Origin: Candidatus Saccharimonadota bacterium
Lineage (GTDB): Bacteria; Patescibacteriota; Saccharimonadia; Saccharimonadales; Saccharimonadaceae
Assembly: GCA_016700015.1 (NCBI GenBank)
Contig: CP064995.1
Span: forward strand, 150,001 to 182,000
Length of the DNA stretch: 32,000 bases
Reading direction: 5' to 3'
Positions 25,980 through 32,000 of this stretch are shown here, piece by piece. Under the pieces are notes generated by a model. It had not been told where the DNA came from. It saw nothing but the letters and a program-made list of their open reading frames with translations, and did not search any database. The position numbers were made by a program, and so were the translations under genes. Every line of letters starts with the position of its first letter. The stretch's first letter is position 1.

Positions 25980-26011
25980 ACATATTATAACCCCTGTCGC
26001 ATAGCGACAGA

Positions 26012-26193
26012 GACCCGACCAGAAACACCCTTTTCCTTTTCCAAAAAAATCTCGGCGGGGGAAATCTCAAAAAAATATGCAAAGGGTTTTCTGAGCGGGG
26101 CGCAGCACAGCTTTGCTGTGCTAGGCGACGGGGCTTGCATTTGTCAGCCATTTTGCTCAAAATAGGTTCGGACTTGCGTGTAAAAGTGCACCA
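26012..26193 (-). repeat. Inverted repeat R (right copy, 173 bp + core AGTGCACCA)
   Basis: Reverse complement of 24670-24851. Confidence 0.9.
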
Positions 26194-26289
26194 AAAAGCG
26201 ATTTTTCGGGAAATTGTCGCCTACCAGGGCGATTTTTTCTTTGGTCGCGCGCAGCGCGAACCAAATGTTTTCTTGGGGGGAAATGGGAA
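26185..26289 (+). repeat. Inverted repeat S (left copy, core + 96 bp); with R' it forms the internal attP-like junction (site 3)
   Basis: Reverse complement of 27974-28078. Supported by 33 identical aa shared between ORF 26144..26383(-) and the recombinase C-terminus (ISPQENIWFALRATKEKIALVGDNFPKNRFLVH). Confidence 0.9.
26217..26238 (+). terminator. Hairpin TCGCC-TACCAG-GGCGA + T6 inside arm S (plus-strand copy)
   Basis: 5-bp GC-rich stem followed by TTTTTTCTTT. This is the same module as 28025-28046 on the minus strand. Confidence 0.45.
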
Positions 26290-26293
26290 GATG

Positions 26294-26323
26294 CCACGCC
26301 TGCGGCGTGGTTTTTTGTTTTTT
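26294..26323 (+). terminator. Strong rho-independent terminator upstream of the recombinase gene
   Basis: CCACGCC-TGC-GGCGTGG (7-bp GC stem) followed by TTTTTTGTTTTTT. Confidence 0.8.
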
Positions 26324-26481
26324 AGGTTGGCATAGCCGACACGCTCCGCGTTGTGCTACCATAGAAAGTGGAAAACAATTCAAGGCATATGCTGTTTTGT
26401 GCTTAAACGGCTACTTCGCAACTATTTGGCGTATGCTGAATTGTTTTCCAAGCGGAGTAGCCTTTTAAGTTGGGAGGGTAT

Positions 26482-28110
26482 ATGCAACTACAACAAATAG
26501 CGCAACGATTGGTGTATTTCATCTATGTGCGTAAGTCTACGGATACAGAGGACAAACAAATCTTATCTATCGCGGCGCAGATAGTGGAACTCAAGGAGTT
26601 TGCTAAGCGCATGGGCTTGTATATCGCTGATGTCATCATAGAAAAGCAAACGGCGAAAACGCCAGGTCGCCCCAAACTCAACAAAATGCTGGAGCGCATA
26701 GAAAACGGTGAGGCAAACGGTATTTTGGCATGGTTGCCCGACAGATTGTCGCGCAACTCAATAGATAGCGGACGGATTATTTACATGCTGGACGTAAACG
26801 TCCTGCAAGACCTAAAGTTTCCGCATTTTTGGTTTGAAAACACACCACAAGGCAAATATATGCTGGCTAACGAGTTCAACAGCTCTAAACAGTACGTGGA
26901 CAATTTGTCAGTAAACACAAAACGAGGTTTGCGGCAAAAAGTTCGTGATGGTCATTATCCAAGTATCGTACCATTCGGCTATTACAACGATGTGCGGACA
27001 AAGACGGTGGCTAGAAACAAAAAAACCGCGCCGCTGGTGCGCCGATGTTTTGAACTGTACGCTAAAGGCGACAAGACATGCGGAGACATCGCGGATTTTT
27101 TGTTTGCTAACGGTGTGGCGACCAAAGGTCGCCGCAAAACCAAAAATGACCCGAAGTCGGCGGGCGGTAAACGCTGGCACGAAACAAAAGTCAAACATAT
27201 GCTCTCGAATATCTTTTATTATGGGCATTTTCGCTACGCTGGCGAAGTATACGAGGGTAAGCATACCCTGATAGTGGACAAAGCATTGTTTGACCGCGTA
27301 CAGGCTGTGCTATTGCGCCGCTCGCGGGCGCAAAAACGCGCCACCAGTCCGCAACCGCTGACAATGCTTTTTCGCTGTGCGAACTGCGATTGTTTTGTTA
27401 CTGGCTCGCACAAGATAAAGCGACAGAAAAACGGCAATGTCCATGAGTACACCTATTACCGATGTACGCACAAAAGCAAAAAAGTCACGTGCCGCGAGCC
27501 GGAACTGCGCGAATACGCGCTGGCAAGCCAACTCGTACCAATTGCGCGGTCATTTGCTATGCCGAAAGATATGGGCGCGTTTATGCTCGCCAAACTGGAC
27601 CAGGACGCACAAGTCGTCCAAGCCGACAGCGCTAGATTAATTGCTACGCACCGCGCCCGACTGGACGAACTGGCCGGCAAGAGTCAGCGACTTTTTGACG
27701 TCTATATGGACGGCGATATTGAGCAGGATGAATACCGCGAAAGACGCGCCGAAATTATGTCTGAGAAAAAGTCGCTAGAAAGCAAAGTGGAACAAATCGC
27801 CGCTCGCGCTGACTTTTGGATTGAACCTATGCGCGAGTGGGTCAAAACAGCAATTTCACTCTGTAAAGTTGACGAAAACACCCCACACCAAGCCTTGCGC
27901 GAGAGTTTACGCAGAATCGACGGATTGAACCTGCTCTTAAAAAACAAAAAAGTCGTTGCCAGCAACGACCAATTTCCCATTTCCCCCCAAGAAAACATTT
28001 GGTTCGCGCTGCGCGCGACCAAAGAAAAAATCGCCCTGGTAGGCGACAATTTCCCGAAAAATCGCTTTTTGGTGCACTGGAGAAGACTTGAACTTCCACG
28101 ATCGCAATGA
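26482..28110 (+). CDS. Large serine recombinase (resolvase/invertase N-domain + recombinase domain + zinc ribbon + coiled coil)
   Basis: Catalytic N-terminus VYFIYVRKSTDTEDKQILSIAAQ and WLPDRLSRN. Zn-ribbon CANCDC...YYRCTHKSKKVTC. Coiled coil near aa 400-460. SD GGGAGG at 26472-26477 before ATG 26482. The last ~45 codons run through arm S', the core, and antisense into tRNA-Leu(GAG). Confidence 0.92.
   Translation: MQLQQIAQRLVYFIYVRKSTDTEDKQILSIAAQIVELKEFAKRMGLYIADVIIEKQTAKTPGRPKLNKMLERIENGEANGILAWLPDRLSRNSIDSGRIIYMLDVNVLQDLKFPHFWFENTPQGKYMLANEFNSSKQYVDNLSVNTKRGLRQKVRDGHYPSIVPFGYYNDVRTKTVARNKKTAPLVRRCFELYAKGDKTCGDIADFLFANGVATKGRRKTKNDPKSAGGKRWHETKVKHMLSNIFYYGHFRYAGEVYEGKHTLIVDKALFDRVQAVLLRRSRAQKRATSPQPLTMLFRCANCDCFVTGSHKIKRQKNGNVHEYTYYRCTHKSKKVTCREPELREYALASQLVPIARSFAMPKDMGAFMLAKLDQDAQVVQADSARLIATHRARLDELAGKSQRLFDVYMDGDIEQDEYRERRAEIMSEKKSLESKVEQIAARADFWIEPMREWVKTAISLCKVDENTPHQALRESLRRIDGLNLLLKNKKVVASNDQFPISPQENIWFALRATKEKIALVGDNFPKNRFLVHWRRLELPRSQ
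27974..28078 (-). repeat. Inverted repeat S (right copy, 96 bp + core); right element junction (site 4, attL-like in tRNA orientation)
   Basis: Reverse complement of 26185-26289. Lies within the recombinase 3' coding region and abuts the tRNA 3' end. Confidence 0.9.
28025..28046 (-). terminator. Element-borne terminator for tRNA-Leu(GAG), about 24 nt downstream of its CCA end
   Basis: The minus strand reads TCGCC-TACCAG-GGCGA-TTTTTTCTTT. It replaces the presumed native terminator now found in arm P. Confidence 0.5.
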
Positions 28111-28157
28111 TCACCAGCCCCTCAAGCTGACGCGTCTACCAATTTCGCCACCAGTGC
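28070..28157 (-). tRNA. tRNA-Leu (anticodon GAG), type II with long variable arm, CCA encoded
   Basis: Manual fold: acceptor GCACTGG/CCAGTGC, D arm GCG-AAATTGGTAGA-CGC, anticodon stem TCAGC/GCTGG with loop TTGAGGG, variable arm with GATC/GATC stem, T arm GGAAG-TTCAAGT-CTTCT, discriminator A, CCA. Confidence 0.9.
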
Positions 28158-28197
28158 ATATGAATTATGAGAACGTACCATCGGAGTTTTATGTCGT
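28146..28197. repeat. Direct repeat copy a: tRNA-Leu(GAG) 5' end (12 nt) + its upstream/promoter region
   Basis: CGCCACCAGTGCATATGAATTATGAGAACGTACCATCGGAGTTTTATGT. About 88% identical to 28266-28318 (offset 120 bp). Confidence 0.8.
28164..28169 (-). promoter_or_regulatory. -10-like box CATAAT, 6 nt upstream of the mature 5' end of tRNA-Leu(GAG)
   Basis: The minus strand reads CATAATtcatatGCACTGG. Confidence 0.35.
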
Positions 28198-28265
28198 CCT
28201 TGGACATATTGTCTTAGCGGCGGAATCGGTAGACGGGCGTCTACTACTATTTGCGTTTCACGCAG

Positions 28266-28318
28266 TCGCCACCAGTGTATATGAATTGTATGAACGTACC
28301 ATCGGAGTTTTGTGTACT
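28266..28318. repeat. Direct repeat copy b: orphan duplicate of the tRNA-Leu(GAG) 5' end + promoter region
   Basis: CGCCACCAGTGTATATGAATTGTATGAACGTACCATCGGAGTTTTGTGT. The rest of the tRNA is not duplicated. Adjacent hairpin GTAGAC-GGGC-GTCTAC at 28230-28245. Confidence 0.75.
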
Positions 28319-28373
28319 TGCAAGATTATAGTCGATAACACACTTTTTGTAAATAACAGATGAGCTAGCATGA

Positions 28374-28379
28374 TATAAT
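28374..28379 (+). promoter_or_regulatory. -10 box TATAAT, 9 nt upstream of tRNA-Cys
   Basis: TATAAT at 28374-28379. The tRNA 5' end is at 28389. Confidence 0.4.
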
Positions 28380-28388
28380 AAGGAGCAC

Positions 28389-28462
28389 GGCGCGTTGGCG
28401 GAGCAGTTACGCGGAGGTCTGCAAAACCTTTTAGATGGGTGCAACTCCCATACGTGCCTCCA
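28389..28462 (+). tRNA. tRNA-Cys (anticodon GCA), CCA encoded, U73 discriminator
   Basis: Manual fold: acceptor GGCGCGT/ACGTGCC (one G-U pair), D stem GCG(G)/(A)CGC, anticodon stem GAGGT/ACCTT with loop CTGCAAA, 4-nt variable loop, T arm ATGGG-TGCAACT-CCCAT, then T-CCA. The 5' and 3' ends resemble E. coli tRNA-Cys. The T-loop has G where U55 is expected. Confidence 0.8.
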
Positions 28463-28495
28463 AAATAATCTCAAACTTTGGGATTATTTTGTTTT
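28461..28495 (+). terminator. AT-rich hairpin + T-run after tRNA-Cys
   Basis: CAAAATAATC (28461-28470) / GATTATTTTG (28482-28491), an 11-nt loop, followed by TTTTA. Confidence 0.45.
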
Positions 28496-28562
28496 ATGAA
28501 TGTCAATATTTGGGTACCCAAATGCCATTGAAATGGTAAACGCAACCACATACAATAGATAC

Positions 28563-29054
28563 ATGCCAAAACGTAGGTCATGGGATGATAAAAAATAGTA
28601 AAAGCAGTGATGAAAATAAAAGTATTCGAGGGGTACTTATTGACTTGTCGTTAGTCCCGGCTGACGGTAACTATGCCCAAGTAAACAAGAGGATATCAGA
28701 ACTTGGCCTGTCGACATCGCATTTTACGGGCCAGGGCTGGAGCGCTGGTTTGCGTCTTGGGGCAAGAACATTAGACCATTTGCATGAACTTCTCGTTGAG
28801 AATAGTGACTATCAAAGCTTTAAGCTCAAGAGACTATTATTTCGGGAAGAGCTAAAAAACCAAAATGCGAGATTTGTGGCTGGGAAGAGCGGTCAATTGA
28901 TGGTAGAATTCCTGTAGAGCTAGACCATATAAACGGCATCCATTCTGATAATCGACTAGAGAATCTTCGGATTTTGTGCCCAAACTGTCACAGCTTGCAA
29001 CCAACCCATAGGGGGCGCAATAAAAAGCGACGATATGCGCAGATGTTGGAATAG
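28563..29054 (+). pseudogene. HNH endonuclease gene interrupted by two frameshifts at A6 tracts
   Basis: Frame 3: MPKRRSWDDKK* (28563-28598). Frame 1: ...NSKSSDENKSIRGVLIDLSLVPADGNYAQVNKRISELGLSTSHFTGQGW...KRLLFREELKN... (to 28917). Frame 3 again: KCEICGWEERSIDGRIPVELDHINGIHSDNRLENLRILCPNCHS...* (28863-29054). The last segment carries the HNH/Zn-finger core. The shifts occur at A6 28590-28595 and A6 28854-28859. Confidence 0.8.
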
Positions 29055-29122
29055 GTAGACAAGCGACACTTAAAATGTCGTGCCCAAAAGGCGTGCGGGT
29101 TCGATCCCCGCTCTGCGCACCA
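29037..29122 (+). tRNA. tRNA-Leu (anticodon UAA), type II, CCA encoded
   Basis: Manual fold: acceptor GCGCAGA/TCTGCGC, D arm TTG-GAATAGGTAGA-CAA, anticodon stem CGACA/TGTCG with loop CTTAAAA, variable arm with GCC/GGC stem, T arm GCGGG-TTCGATC-CCCGC, A-CCA. Confidence 0.92.
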
Positions 29123-29157
29123 ACTAAAAAACGAGGCCTAGCCCTCGTTTTTTAGTT
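29122..29157. terminator. Bidirectional terminator after tRNA-Leu(UAA)
   Basis: Perfect 15-nt inverted repeat AACTAAAAAACGAGG / CCTCGTTTTTTAGTT with a 6-nt loop. The GC core is flanked by A6/T6. Confidence 0.85.
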
Positions 29158-29182
29158 GGTAGTGGCAAGCTAGGAGGTAGGT

Positions 29183-29188
29183 TATAAT
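29183..29188 (+). promoter_or_regulatory. -10 box TATAAT, 8 nt upstream of the 29197 ATG (leaderless-type)
   Basis: TATAAT at 29183-29188 and ATG at 29197. Confidence 0.45.
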
Positions 29189-29196
29189 AAACGGAG

Positions 29197-32000
<2,804 letters not shown>

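Larger units (their letters stand above)
24670..28078. mobile_element. ~3.4-kb integrative element at the 3' end of tRNA-Leu(GAG): large serine recombinase + Nudix/HAD cargo, with an internal inverted attP-like junction
   Basis: Bounded by direct copies of the core TGGTGCACT (24670-24678 and 28070-28078). The right junction lies in the tRNA acceptor/CCA end. The recombinase gene abuts that junction. See the findings for the four-junction logic. Confidence 0.75.

Noticed and set aside
24703-26160. Duplicated small ORFs starting MSKMADKCKPRRLAQQSCAAPRSENPLHIF... (24703..24915 + and 25975..26160 -), plus overlapping ORFs 24698..24904, 24723..24932 and 25866..26165
   Set aside because: Their identity simply reflects the 173-bp inverted repeat R. 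The sequences are low-complexity, have no SD or -10 box at the right distance, and several frames are open at once. They are better explained as recombination-site arms.
26214-28049. ORFs 26214..26468(+) and 27702..28049(-), both beginning MSPTRAIFSLVARSANQMFSWGEMG
   Set aside because: They are an artefact of inverted repeat S. The second lies antisense inside the well-supported recombinase gene.

Overview
The window looks like a small-genome, Patescibacteria/Saccharibacteria-like chromosome segment, an inference from gene content only. About 24 kb is densely packed housekeeping genes: ftsA (partial), ruvX, mltG, a LysM-CHAP hydrolase, obg, sbcB, uvrA, dedA-family, rplY, a wHTH-Nudix protein, an ABC exporter, trhO, a Fur-family regulator with trxA, uvrC, an M24 aminopeptidase, secG, an orphan family-5 solute-binding protein, and ligA (partial). 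Two regions stand out. (1) Bases 24.4-28.2 kb hold a ~3.4 kb element with a large serine recombinase and a Nudix + HAD cargo pair, inserted at the 3' end of tRNA-Leu(GAG). Four copies of a 9-bp core (TGGTGCACT) are flanked by four arm sequences in all four pairwise combinations, corresponding to attB-, attR-, attP- and attL-like junctions. The attP-like junction lies inside the element in inverted orientation. This creates two back-to-back cassettes bounded by perfect 182-bp and 105-bp inverted repeats. (2) Bases 19.07-20.67 kb encode a type IV prepilin-like N-terminus fused to a PKD-like segment and ten exact 75-bp-period DUF285/BspA-type repeats, a candidate pilus-displayed adhesin. The region next to the element is a tRNA hotspot. 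It contains tRNA-Leu(GAG), a duplicated fragment of that tRNA's 5' end, tRNA-Cys(GCA), tRNA-Leu(UAA), and an HNH endonuclease gene broken by two frameshifts at A6 tracts. Across the window, first genes of transcription units carry a TATAAT-like box 6-10 nt upstream of the start codon, suggesting leaderless mRNAs, whereas several other genes, such as operon-internal secG and trxA, carry Shine-Dalgarno sites. No CRISPR array, rRNA gene or reverse transcriptase was seen.
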